Below are positions 9,693 to 20,300 of a stretch of 64,000 nt of DNA, piece after piece. How positions within the stretch are numbered: position 1 is the first letter of the stretch; each line of letters opens with the position of its first letter. The stretch spans positions 65,186 through 129,185 of the forward strand of contig CAZHTP010000003.1 of the NCBI GenBank assembly GCA_964535655.1. The letters are read 5' to 3'. The notes below the pieces were generated by a model. That model ran no database searches. It was not told where the DNA came from and saw only the letters and a program-made list of their open reading frames with translations. The DNA is from an uncultured Gammaproteobacteria bacterium. Its GTDB lineage: Bacteria; Patescibacteriota; Microgenomatia; JALYQM01. Made by a program: the position numbers and the translations under genes.

Positions 9693-10881
9693 ATTTTGTC
9701 AAAATAAGTTTTGCTAAATTTAAATACCTTTTTGCAATATTCGGCCAGGTCATGAAGCGGCCTTTTCGATAGGCACTCGATTTATACTTTAACATTAAAT
9801 CAGAGTTGGTTATTACTTTAATTACTTGCTCCGCAATTGAACTTGGAGCTTTAAAGTCTACAAATAACCCAACATCATTTGCCAAGACTTCAATAGCGTA
9901 ATTATAGGGTGTAGAGATACAGACATTACCTGCTCCCAGCGCGTAAGAAAGTGTTCCTGACATTGGTTGCTGCGGGTCAAGGTGCGGTGTAATAAAAATA
10001 TCGGCAGCTTTATGATGCTTAATTAATTCTTCGAGAGAAAAATATTTATTTACAAACGTTACATTTTTCTTAATCTTTAAATCTGCCACTTTTTTTTCTA
10101 GACTATTGCGATATTTTTCGCCTTCATTACGCATTAAAACGGGATGCGTTTGTCCTGCTATAATTAACTGAATGTCTGCCTCAGCTTTAAGAATCTCTGG
10201 CATTGCGTCAATAACATATTCAATACCTTTACCTGGACTTAACAAGCCCTGTAAAAGAATTGCGTATCTGGATTTGATCTTAAGCATTTTTTTGTATTCT
10301 TCGTGGTGATTAAAGGAAAAATCTGGAACTCCATGCTGAATTACTGTAGTTTTTTCTGGTTCACACCCATATACTTCAGTTAAAATTTTTCGCGTATTCT
10401 GAGTCATTGCAATAACTGCACTGGACTTTTCCACGATTCGCTTAATGATATATTTTTTATGCTCGTCGGGATTAGGAAGTAAGGTATGGAAATTAGTTAT
10501 GATAGGTTTATTAATTAGATCCAACATTGGCAAAATATAATCACCATCAACTCCCCCAAACAAGCCAAATTCATGTTGTAGATTAATGACGTCTGCGGAA
10601 GATTGGTTTATGTAGTGAGCAGCCATATAATAATCTTGGGGATTATTTTGGTGAATTCTTACTTTGACTTCCCATGGATAGTCATAATTCTGGCCATCGT
10701 CGGTTACCGCAATAATTTCAGCTAACGCGTGCGGATTTTGATTATTGATCGCGGTGGTCAGATCCTTGGTGAAGGTCGCTATGCCGCATTTACGAGGAAT
10801 ATAAGAGGAAATATATATAGCTTTGATAGGTCTTTCCTCGTTATCGAGTTCATGAGTAATATTTAGTTTAGATTTATCCAT
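9616..10881 (-). CDS. GT4 glycosyltransferase (mannosyltransferase-like)
   Basis: YIPRKCGIATFT, QHEFGLFGG, GLLSPGKGIEY, GQTHP and SGTLSYALGAG..ISTPY. Confidence 0.92.
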   Translation of the reverse strand: MDKSKLNITHELDNEERPIKAIYISSYIPRKCGIATFTKDLTTAINNQNPHALAEIIAVTDDGQNYDYPWEVKVRIHQNNPQDYYMAAHYINQSSADVINLQHEFGLFGGVDGDYILPMLDLINKPIITNFHTLLPNPDEHKKYIIKRIVEKSSAVIAMTQNTRKILTEVYGCEPEKTTVIQHGVPDFSFNHHEEYKKMLKIKSRYAILLQGLLSPGKGIEYVIDAMPEILKAEADIQLIIAGQTHPVLMRNEGEKYRNSLEKKVADLKIKKNVTFVNKYFSLEELIKHHKAADIFITPHLDPQQPMSGTLSYALGAGNVCISTPYNYAIEVLANDVGLFVDFKAPSSIAEQVIKVITNSDLMLKYKSSAYRKGRFMTWPNIAKRYLNLAKLILTKYDKEHTTQVDAPVSDNRSIWHMATS

Positions 10882-10966
10882 AAAATTAACCTGCAGACAT
10901 TAATATAAGTTTACCTTATATTACCTGTGTTACTATTATAACACTGATTTTAGGAAAGTCAAAGCT

Positions 10967-11441
10967 GTGGAGCTTAAAAATACATTACCGCGATCGCTTA
11001 CAGTCGAGATGCTGCAGTGGTTCATAATCCATCAGAAGGCTGTACCTCTGGGATCATTGTCGAGACCGAAGCCTACCATTCTCAGGATCCCGCAAGCCAT
11101 GCGTCTGGTGGCAAAAATAAGCGGAATGAAGCCATGTTTGGGGAGCCAGGACATGCATACATATATTTTATTTATGGAGTACATTAATGCAACATCGGCG
11201 GGGACTTTCTCAAAGCACCTTACTCACTAATGGACCTGCAAAACTTGTTAAAGCTATGAGCATCAACTATTCACTGTTAGGAATTGATCGCACCGGAGAC
11301 ACTCTTTTTATTACCGAATTGGATCGTACCTACTTTGAGTCTGATATCGTAACGACGGCACGGATTGGCATTACTAAAGGTGTGGATGCACTGCTGCGTT
11401 TTTATCTTAAAAGGAGTAACTTTGTATCAAAAACAGGATGA
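10967..11441 (+). pseudogene. mpg: 3-methyladenine DNA glycosylase (MPG/AAG family) pseudogene
   Basis: Fragments in different frames: [23 protein letters not shown] / [13 protein letters not shown] then TAA (11185-11187) / LTNGPAKL..RIGITK..RFYLK.SNFVS. Shows frameshifts and internal deletions. Confidence 0.85.
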
Positions 11442-11454
11442 TATAATTTAAGGC

Positions 11455-12942
11455 ATGAGTACATCAATCGATCGACTAAAACAAATTTCTGCCGAGATTT
11501 ATGATTTACGTTGTATAGTTCAACTTTTGGCCTGGGATCAGGAAGTCTATATGCCACCTGGCGCAGCTGCTGACCGTGGTAACCAGATCGCTACTATTTC
11601 AACGATTATCCATCAAAAAGAAACTTCACAGGAATTAGGTAAGATACTGAATGAGATTGCGCATGAATCAAACTCTTTATCTGTAGAAGACAATGCTTTG
11701 GTACGCGTAATGAAACGAAGTTATGATCAAGCGACTAAACTGCCTGAAGAGTTTGTTAACGAATTTACTCAGCTCACTTCTAACTCAGTCCATGCGTGGG
11801 TGGAAGCGCGGCAGGCTTCAGATTTTTCAAAGTTTGCTCCCTATTTAGAAAAAGTTGTGGAAATGACGAAAAAACAAGCTGAATATTTAGGATATGAGAA
11901 ACATCCGTATGATGCGTTACTGGATTTATATGAAGAAGGTTTAACGAGTGAAGATGTCACAAAAATGTTTAGTCAATTAAAAGAACCGCTCGTACGAATT
12001 CTAAAAGAAGCACAGAATAAATGGAAGGATGATTTTAGTTTTAGTGAACCGTTTGATGAACTTGAGCAAATTGCTTTTTCCAAACGAGCTCTACAGAAAA
12101 TTGGCTATGATTTTAACCGAGGTCGGGAAGATAAATCTCCGCACCCTTTTACCGAAGCCATGGGCCATAATGATCGCCGGGTGACGAATAGATATAAACC
12201 TAATGACCTCGATTTTATTTCCTCCGCACTGCATGAAGGAGGTCATGGTTTATATGAGCAAGGAATTTCGGAGCGGATTGCTCGCACACATTTGGATACC
12301 GGTGTGTCCCTGGGGATTCATGAGAGTCAGTCTAAGTTCTGGGAATGTATGATTGGCGGTCGCTATGAGTTTTGGGAGAATTTTTATCCGGAACTTAAGG
12401 CTGCATTCCCACGCCAACTGGGGTCAGTCGCATTGCCGGATTTCTATCATACGCTGCATAAAGTAAGTCCCAGCCTTATTCGCGTTGAGGCAGATGAGGT
12501 TACCTATAATTTACATATTTTGATTCGATTTGAAATCGAGAAAGACCTTATAGAAGGGAAAATTAAGGTTAATGAATTGCCCGAGATTTGGAATGCAAAA
12601 TATAAGGAATATCTGGGAATTGATGTTCCTGACGATGCCCATGGTGTGTTGCAGGATATTCATTGGTCTCATGGGTCGCTCGGCTACTTTCCTACATACA
12701 CTATAGGGAATCTGGGTGCAGCTCAAATTTGGCATGCGTATACTGAATATGATCCAGAGTGGAAGCAGACGCTACGTAGCGGAAATACAGGAAAAATACT
12801 TGCCTGGCTAACGGAAAATATGTATCAGTATGGCTCAATCTACCAGCCAAAGGAATTGATGAAAAAAGTTACCGGTGAAGAATTGGACGCGAAGTATTGG
12901 TTGGAGTATGTGGAGAATAAGTATCTTAGTCTAAATCGATAA
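11455..12942 (+). CDS. Carboxypeptidase, peptidase M32 family
   Basis: LLAWDQE, HPF, HEGGH (HEXXH), HESQS, IRVEADE, LQDIHWS and GYFPTY. Confidence 0.95.
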   Translation: MSTSIDRLKQISAEIYDLRCIVQLLAWDQEVYMPPGAAADRGNQIATISTIIHQKETSQELGKILNEIAHESNSLSVEDNALVRVMKRSYDQATKLPEEFVNEFTQLTSNSVHAWVEARQASDFSKFAPYLEKVVEMTKKQAEYLGYEKHPYDALLDLYEEGLTSEDVTKMFSQLKEPLVRILKEAQNKWKDDFSFSEPFDELEQIAFSKRALQKIGYDFNRGREDKSPHPFTEAMGHNDRRVTNRYKPNDLDFISSALHEGGHGLYEQGISERIARTHLDTGVSLGIHESQSKFWECMIGGRYEFWENFYPELKAAFPRQLGSVALPDFYHTLHKVSPSLIRVEADEVTYNLHILIRFEIEKDLIEGKIKVNELPEIWNAKYKEYLGIDVPDDAHGVLQDIHWSHGSLGYFPTYTIGNLGAAQIWHAYTEYDPEWKQTLRSGNTGKILAWLTENMYQYGSIYQPKELMKKVTGEELDAKYWLEYVENKYLSLNR

Positions 12943-14862
12943 CTGAAGCGTTAAGTTGTTCGCATAAACGACCCACAAGTTGATGAGAAATAACGATTAT
13001 TTCTGGTCCATTAGTTTGATTTTTTATCCTTCCAATAGCTTGTAATTGCAACCCAACATTAAGACCGTGATCAAGCTTATCAAGTGGTTCGTCTAAAATG
13101 ATGCCTTTGACTTCAGAATTATATCTAGCTGTCAACTCTGCAAGTAACATGACTATCCTCTGTCTCTGACCATCTGACAATGAATCCTGACCGAATACTC
13201 GTTTTCCATGCATTCCCGCAATATTTAAATTGCCTCCGGCACTTTCTAAAAGACTATTAACCCATGATAATCTAGCTTCCCTAAATTTTGTTATTTCAGT
13301 TAATAGACTTAAATCTAAATAGTTTGGAGATCCGCCTTGCCTTTTGATTATATCTGCAGATAAGAGGTTATCTTCAATATCCCTAATATGATACCATAAT
13401 TCTTGTTTCTCTAGCGGGATAGCATAGTGCTGATCATCGATAAACTTGAAAACTGGATTGAATATGTCTACTAGTTCAGATTTAGGATTTATTTGACCTT
13501 GACCAAAAATACGGATATGTTTACTAATGTCCCGTCTGGGTAATGACTTAGTGTTAGTTGCTACACCATTATCAACAACATAAACCTCACCACTATATCT
13601 TGTTATATTTCTCGGTCCAAGCCATAACTGTGATTTTCCTTTACCGGATCCTCCTTTAATTACGGTTACTTCTCCCGATCGAGCAGTAATCGAAAAATTT
13701 TGTATGTCAGTTCTTGCACCGTTAGGAAGTTCTGAAGCAACGTTATCAAGTATTAATCCTCTCTGGAAATCAATCAAATCAGTGTACTCTATTGGTGGAT
13801 TGTTGCTAAGAAATTTTTCCCAGCTATTATCAGTTATTAAAACGGTCTCCCGGTTTAATACGTTCCCTAGACCGGTAACTATTTCTGTTGCCCGGTGGGC
13901 ATCAACTGCAGCACGTTTAGTGGTAAGAGTATTTACTAACCCAGATAAACTAAAAGAGGTGGCGAATAACAATCCAGCGGCCGCATCCTTTGAAGCACTT
14001 AATAACGTTATAATGGTTGCGATAGTAGGTGTCTGTGAAATTATGTTTAATTTAGTAACATCTTTTAAATGTCCTTCAAGCAAATCGCTTAACCATTCGA
14101 TAGACTTTGCGCTACGTGCGGCTCGAGTTGCTGCGGCACGGACTATATTCATTGAAGTAAATGCTGTTCTGCCAATCCAATAAGAGGCTCCTGCAGCTGA
14201 AGCAAAAATTGCTGTAAGAAATTCATTAGCGTAGGGATAAATAATCCCAGCAATTAAAGTTGGAGTGATTATGTTTTGGAGATTCTTAATACGTGCACTA
14301 CTAAGCTCAGCATTATATATTCTGCCGCCTAATTGATTTAGCGATGAGATTTCCTCTCCATTAAGACCTTCTGCCTTTAGTAATTCCGTGACAACAGGTA
14401 TTTTGTCACCATGTTCCATATAGGCATTGTCTAATGCTAACTGGAGATCTACTCCATTTCTGTTGGTCAAAATTAACTCAGCGACCTTCCCAACCGCTTG
14501 AGCAGATACACCAACCGCCGCATATACATGACTCCATTCTCCTCCTGCTACGTATGCAAAATTACATTTCCCAGAATATTGTCTTCATGTTTTGGGGGCT
14601 TGACAGTTTGATCCTGCAATTTGCATACCGACTGCTCCTGTCTCGATAATTCTTCGTATGGCAATTCGTTTGGAGATTTCTTCTTTTCCGCCAATTTCAA
14701 CTATAACGCGAGCTGACGGCTGGGAATCTCCAATTATTAGATCGTCAACTTTATATAAAAGTTGAGTGCCTAAGCGCCTTAGTTTATCTGGTGAATTTTT
14801 CTCCTTATTTAAGGAATTATTTTCAACTACAGAATTACTTTTGTTTTTTCCACTAGACCCAT
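12926..14862 (-). pseudogene. Divergent membrane protein with C-terminal ABC ATPase, disrupted at the 5' end
   Basis: GGSGKGKS, LSDGQRQR, IILDEP and ISH lie in 12926..14470. The same frame continues upstream past an in-frame TGA (14587-14585). The promoter-proximal ATG 14862 joins this frame only with one extra A in the A6 run near 14849-14844. Confidence 0.6.
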
Positions 14863-14871
14863 AATCTGGAG

Positions 14872-14900
14872 ATTCTATTATTATAGGATAATTTTGTCAA
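14872..14900 (-). promoter_or_regulatory. sigma70-type promoter
   Basis: TTGACA-N17-TAGAAT, 9 nt before ATG 14862. Confidence 0.7.
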
Positions 14901-14919
14901 TCTACGATTACTCTCCTAA

Positions 14920-14948
14920 TTGACAGCATGTGTGATCTATCGTACAAA
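14920..14948 (+). promoter_or_regulatory. sigma70-type promoter (divergent from the previous one)
   Basis: TTGACA-N17-TACAAA upstream of ORF 15006. Confidence 0.55.
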
Positions 14949-15005
14949 GAGATTAGAAAGCGAGTTGTTTAAAAGTCATGCGCGAACTTCTAAACAGTAT
15001 TAATA

Positions 15006-15590
15006 ATGGCTGTTGAGCTCAATCGCTCATTGGCCTTTGCCCCTCACGGATTTCCAGAAATCCTTTCACAGTCAGTTCAAAAATTTCCTAATAGACGCCG
15101 TTTAGAATATTGTCCGGAGCATTTACCCTCTCGCGTGCCACTTGATCGAGAACAGCGACAGTGGATAAAGGCACGAGCAACGGATAAACATGGCATTCTA
15201 CGTTCGGAATGGACAGGAATGAAAATTGAGTTTCCTAGTATTCATCATATCCGCCCAGTAGCATATCTGGTTGCACAATTTGATCCACTAGGGGAAATAG
15301 GACCGGATTTATACGATACCCCTGACAATATAATCGTGTTATCTGAAGCTGAGCATATGCGATTACACCCGGAGGCGCGACGCTTGAACTTATTGTGGAT
15401 ACGCGATAGGCGGCAATTTTACCGGGAGGTACGGCAAATTCAAGTCCGGCTTATGAACGGAGAGAAAAATTGGATCGATAAATACGATGAACGATTCCTG
15501 GCTATCGCCGAAGAACGGACCTTGGCATTTATAAAAAAAGAGCACCCGTGGCCGCTGCATAAGAGTAGAAAGTTTAGGAAAGCTGCGTGA
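15006..15590 (+). CDS. HNH-type nuclease-like protein
   Basis: IHHIRP ... DNIIVLSEAEHMRLH fits the HNH beta-beta-alpha pattern. No flanking CxxC Zn ligands. Confidence 0.6.
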   Translation: MAVELNRSLAFAPHGFPEILSQSVQKFPNRRRLEYCPEHLPSRVPLDREQRQWIKARATDKHGILRSEWTGMKIEFPSIHHIRPVAYLVAQFDPLGEIGPDLYDTPDNIIVLSEAEHMRLHPEARRLNLLWIRDRRQFYREVRQIQVRLMNGEKNWIDKYDERFLAIAEERTLAFIKKEHPWPLHKSRKFRKAA

Positions 15591-15593
15591 GAG

Positions 15594-16244
15594 TTACTTT
15601 AAGAGCGTCAAAACTTCTTCGCGAAATTTTGGATCGTTAATACTCCCGGTATGAATGTTCCACTGACCACGAAGGGGAAATAATTTATTGACAGCATGTT
15701 TGTTTTTAGAACCAGCAATTCCGGAAGGAATTTTTTTATTTACGACAATTGAGAACGGTAGCAGCATGTCCCAGGGACAGTAATAGTTTATCCAGCGAAG
15801 TGACTTAGTATTAAATCGTTCTTCGATATTTGTATTAGTGAAGGCAAATTTCTGTGGTAAATCGGCTTGGACTGTGACAAGGGTGTGCACATATTCAGGA
15901 ACTCCGTAAATTTCGAAATAAGTAAAAGCAAGGACACTGCCAAGCGAAAACGCTACCACAACTTCAGGCTTTTCTTTCTCTAAAAATTCCTGAAATTTCA
16001 TCCGCAGTTCATGGCTTTCGGCAAGTTGATGCTCTTTTTTGTAGACTGAATATTGTTTAGGGATATTATAAAAATACTGGAGATCAGGAAATGTACTTTC
16101 AATATACCATTTAAATACCGCAGCGGTTCCTGTTTTGACATCGGTTTTAAATGCAGAGAATCCTGCATACTCTTGAGGTTCTCTACTTAAGATTTTACTT
16201 GTTGTTCCGGACCCATATCCGTGAATCAATGCAATCTTTGCCAT
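15594..16244 (-). CDS. Alpha/beta-hydrolase-fold protein
   Basis: IALIHGYG, nucleophile elbow VAFSLG, and D/H candidates (PWD, IH). TATAAT lies 6 nt before ATG 16244. Confidence 0.65.
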   Translation of the reverse strand: MAKIALIHGYGSGTTSKILSREPQEYAGFSAFKTDVKTGTAAVFKWYIESTFPDLQYFYNIPKQYSVYKKEHQLAESHELRMKFQEFLEKEKPEVVVAFSLGSVLAFTYFEIYGVPEYVHTLVTVQADLPQKFAFTNTNIEERFNTKSLRWINYYCPWDMLLPFSIVVNKKIPSGIAGSKNKHAVNKLFPLRGQWNIHTGSINDPKFREEVLTLLK

Positions 16245-16299
16245 GTTATGATTATAACTCATTAATTGCACAATTCCTATTTTCTTGTATAGTGACTTG

Positions 16300-16944
16300 A
16301 TGGATGGTATTTTTTCAAAAAAGCTCAAACGTAGTATTACAAGTTTAGTGATTTTTGCCGTAATTCTCTGTATTGTTACTATATTAAAATTTCCTCAACA
16401 ACAACCTCCTTCCTCCCCTTTATCTCCTGTCCCTCAAAGCTCTGTACTGACGACATTGCCTGATATTCGTGTTGGAGACAATACTACACCAATAGCTTCG
16501 GCAAGTGCAGTGTTAGGTAGCTCAAGCCGTGAGAAAGCAATTGTAAAACGGATTGTCGATGGGGATACGGTTCTACTCACCGATGGTCGTAAATTACGGT
16601 ATATTGGCATTGATACTCCTGAAACAGTTAAGCCAGGAGTAACGCCTGAATGTTATGGACATGAAGCTTCACAAAAAAATAAAGAGCTAGTTGAAGGAAA
16701 AGGAATTGAAATGGTCAAAGATATCTCAGAAGTTGATCGCTACGGTCGGTTGTTACGGTATGTGTATGTAGGGGATGTATTTGTGAATGATACTTTAATT
16801 CGAGAAGGTTTTGCTTACGCTTCAACCTACCCTCCTGATGTAAAGTATTCTGAGCAATTTAAGGATGCGGAACGAGATGCGCAGACGCATTCGGCCGGAC
16901 TATGGGCAGCCAGTTGCCCAGTGCATAAAGGCGATAAAATATGA
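16300..16944 (+). CDS. Membrane-anchored thermonuclease (SNase family)
   Basis: N-terminal TM; VDGDT, RYIGIDTPE, DRYGRLLRY, LIREGFA and GLW. Confidence 0.93.
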   Translation: MDGIFSKKLKRSITSLVIFAVILCIVTILKFPQQQPPSSPLSPVPQSSVLTTLPDIRVGDNTTPIASASAVLGSSSREKAIVKRIVDGDTVLLTDGRKLRYIGIDTPETVKPGVTPECYGHEASQKNKELVEGKGIEMVKDISEVDRYGRLLRYVYVGDVFVNDTLIREGFAYASTYPPDVKYSEQFKDAERDAQTHSAGLWAASCPVHKGDKI

Positions 16945-16956
16945 TACAACTATACT

Positions 16957-17328
16957 ATGCAAAATGAAGTGATACTCGATGAACGCGGATTTATAGTTGC
17001 ACATTATGATGGCCACCAAACTGAAGAGATTATGCAAGAGCGGCTGGATAAAATTTCTTCTCTTATTACCAAACTACGTGAAGAACGGAAGCCCGTTCTT
17101 ATTCTCGCTATCATGAATAGTCCAGGCGACTCTAACCATGTCGTTCGCAAAATGGGAGTTGATGCAATCGCAAAATGGGACTACAACAAGTTAGCGGTAT
17201 TTGGAACGAGCTTGGTAATGAAAAACTTGTTTAATTTTCTGCTTAACGTTGCCGGTCAGCAGCAACGAGTTGCCTACTTCGAGTCTGAGGCTGCTGCAAT
17301 TGAATGGCTTAAAAAGCCCTTAATCTAA
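16957..17328 (+). CDS. STAS/SEC14 (SpoIIAA-like) domain protein
   Basis: 123 aa, KLAVFG, and the C-terminal F..E..AIEWL pattern. Confidence 0.7.
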   Translation: MQNEVILDERGFIVAHYDGHQTEEIMQERLDKISSLITKLREERKPVLILAIMNSPGDSNHVVRKMGVDAIAKWDYNKLAVFGTSLVMKNLFNFLLNVAGQQQRVAYFESEAAAIEWLKKPLI

Positions 17329-17345
17329 GTTAAATTAGAAAAATT

Positions 17346-17384
17346 AATACAAAAAAGCCGCTAGATGCGGCTTTTTTTTGTATT
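17346..17384. terminator. Bidirectional intrinsic terminator (rpoC and STAS gene)
   Basis: AATACAAAAAAGCCGC-TAGAT-GCGGCTTTTTTTTGTATT between convergent genes. Confidence 0.9.
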
Positions 17385-17394
17385 GAGAATGATC

Positions 17395-20300
17395 TTATTC
17401 TGTCATCATCATTTCGGTTGCGCGTTCGGGACTTGTTGGAATCAAACGTCCAATGATAACATTTTCTTTTAATCCCACTAAGTGGTCAACTTTACCAAGC
17501 ACTGCGGCTTCAGTGAGAACATTCTTTGTCTCCTGGAATGACGCAGCTGATAAGAATGAATCAGTATAGAGTGATGCTTTGGTAATACCAAGCATCACGA
17601 TCTGTGCTGATGCTGGCTCACCACCTTCGGCAATAACCTTAGAGTTCTCTGCTTCAAAGCGCGCTCTTTCAACGAGTTCGCCTGGAAGTAAGGTTGTATC
17701 GCCCTGTGCTTCAACTTTAACTTTGTCACACATTTTTCTGACAATTACTTCAAAGTGCTTGTCATGAATTGGAATACCCTGTGACTCGTACACATCCTGT
17801 GCTTGAGCAATGAGGTATTTCTGAGCTGATTGCAGCCCTTGTACCTGAAGAATCTGTTTAATATCCAAGTGACCAGACATAAGCGCTGTTCCGACTCCTA
17901 CCATCTGACCGTCTTCAACTTTAAGATCGGCGGTTAATGGCAATACATATTCGCGTTCTTCAACTGGCTTGGCGCTTTCATCTTTAACGCGGATAACGAT
18001 ATTATCTGCAGTTTCAAAGATTTCAACTTTACCAGCGATTTCAGCAATTGGCACAGGATTCTTTGGTGTACGTGCTTCAACAAGTTCTTCCACACGAGGA
18101 AGACCTTGTGTGATATCCAGACCAATAACGCCTCCGGTATGGAATGTACGCATCGTGAGCTGTGTTCCTGGTTCTCCAATTGACTGTGCTGCAATAACAC
18201 CAACTGGTGTACCGAGGGTAACAATCTTTTTACTGGACATATCCCATCCATAACATGCCTGACACATACCAAACTTGGTCTGACAGGTGAGTGGTGAGCG
18301 AACCATAACTTTATCGACACCTGCTTCATCAATTACATCAGCCATTCTTTCGTCAACCAAGGTATTTGCTTCAACAATTACTTTTTTGGTTTTTGGATCG
18401 ATAATGTCTTCGGCCATTAAGCGGCTTATCAGACGATCTTTGAAGTGACGGCCAAATTCCTGACGTGTGATTGAAAAGCCAACTGTGGCATGACAATCGA
18501 GTTCACGAATAATTACGTCATGAGCAACGTCAACTAAACGACGTGTTAAGTAACCTGATGCAGATGTACGCAACGCGCGGTCAGCGAACCCTTTTCGGGA
18601 TCCACGAGACGAGGTGAAGTACTCAAACACCATCAAGCCCTGGCGGAAGTTGGACTTGGTTGGAAGTTCAACGATACGTCCACTTGGGTCAGCGACAAGT
18701 CCGCGCATACCCTGAAGCTGTTTCACCTGGTCTTTAGAACCACGAGCTCCCGCTTCTACAACCATCTTTAATGGGTTAAGGAATTCCATGAAATCCCATG
18801 TCATTTTCTGAACTTTTTCGGTTGTTTCGATCCAGATATCGTTGGAGATTGCACGCATTTCGTCGCGGGTGATCAAACCGTTCTTGTAGGATGAGTCGAT
18901 TTCAGCTACACGTCCGTCGGCTTCTTCAATAACACGGTCACGATCCGGATGGATTACGCAGTCGACAATACCGATTGAGATACCCGCCTTATCTGCATAT
19001 TTAAATCCGAGTGACTTAAGATCATCGATAAACTTACGTACGGTTTCGTTATCACAAGTTTCGTATGCGGTTGTAACGAGCGTACGAATCAATTTACCTT
19101 CAACTAATTTGTTAACAAATCCCATATTTGCAGGCATTACTTCGTTGAAAAGGATACGGCCGACGGTGGTCTGCATCATTTTGCCTTGGTGACGAACATT
19201 AATCATGGTATGCAAGTCAAGTTTACCTGCCTGGTTGGCATAAATTGCTTCTTCAAAGTCGGCAAATACTGCGTCGTCTTTTGGTTGTTCTTCCATGGTG
19301 TATGTCATAAAATACGCACCAAGTGACATTTCGCGGTTAGGAAGGGTTACTGGAGTACCGTTTGAAGGTAACAGTAAGTTCTTTGAAGCAAGCATTAATT
19401 CAATGGCTTCGTCACGAGCCTTTTGGGAAAGTGGAATGTGGACCGCCATCTGGTCACCGTCAAAGTCGGCGTTATACCCAGTACAGACACAGGGGTGAAT
19501 CTTGATGGCGTTTCCTTCAACTAATATTGGGAAAAATGCCTGAATACCTAATTTGTGAAGAGTGGGCGCGCGGTTAAGCAGTACTGGATGATTCTTGGTT
19601 ATTTCTTCAAGAATGTCCCATACTTCACCTGATCGGCGTTCAAGTACATGTTTTGCTGACTTTACATTGGGCGCAAAGCCGCGAACAATGAGTTCGTGTA
19701 ATACGAATGGCTTAAACATCTCAAGAGCCATTTCTTTTGGAAGCCCCATCTGGTTAAGCTTAAGCTCTGGGCCGACAACGATAACTGATCGTCCTGAATA
19801 GTCTACGCGCTTTCCAAGTAAGTTCTGACGGAATCGTCCTTGCTTACCTTGTAACATGTCGGTTAAAGACTTTGTTTCAGCTTGTGCTGATAATCGCGAA
19901 GTAGTTTTTCTTGAGGAATCAATAAGGGCATCAACTGCTTCCTGCAACATGCGCTTTTCGTTTCTTAGAATGATTGACGGCGCACCAAGATCAATAAGTC
20001 GCTTTAAGCGATTGTTGCGGTTAATCACACGTCGATATAAATCGTTTAAGTCAGATGTGGCAAAGCGTCCACCTGAAAGCTGCACCATTGGGCGAAGCTC
20101 TGGTGGAATGACTGGAAGTACCTGCAAAATCATCCACTGTGGATCGATCTTTGCCGCCCGCATGCCTTCAACAATTCGTAGACGTTTACCTGCTTTAATG
20201 TGGCGCTGTCCAGTTGTTTTATTGGATTCTTCACGAAGCTCTGCAGATAATTTACCGAGGTCGATTTGACCAAGGATATCAAGAACGGCTTCGGCACCCA

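Noticed and set aside
14585-14587. In-frame TGA as a sign of genetic code 25 or 4, or of selenocysteine
   Set aside because: Conserved genes such as ddl and serB end at TGA, and long genes such as rpoB and rpoC have no internal TGA. An isolated lesion is the simpler explanation.
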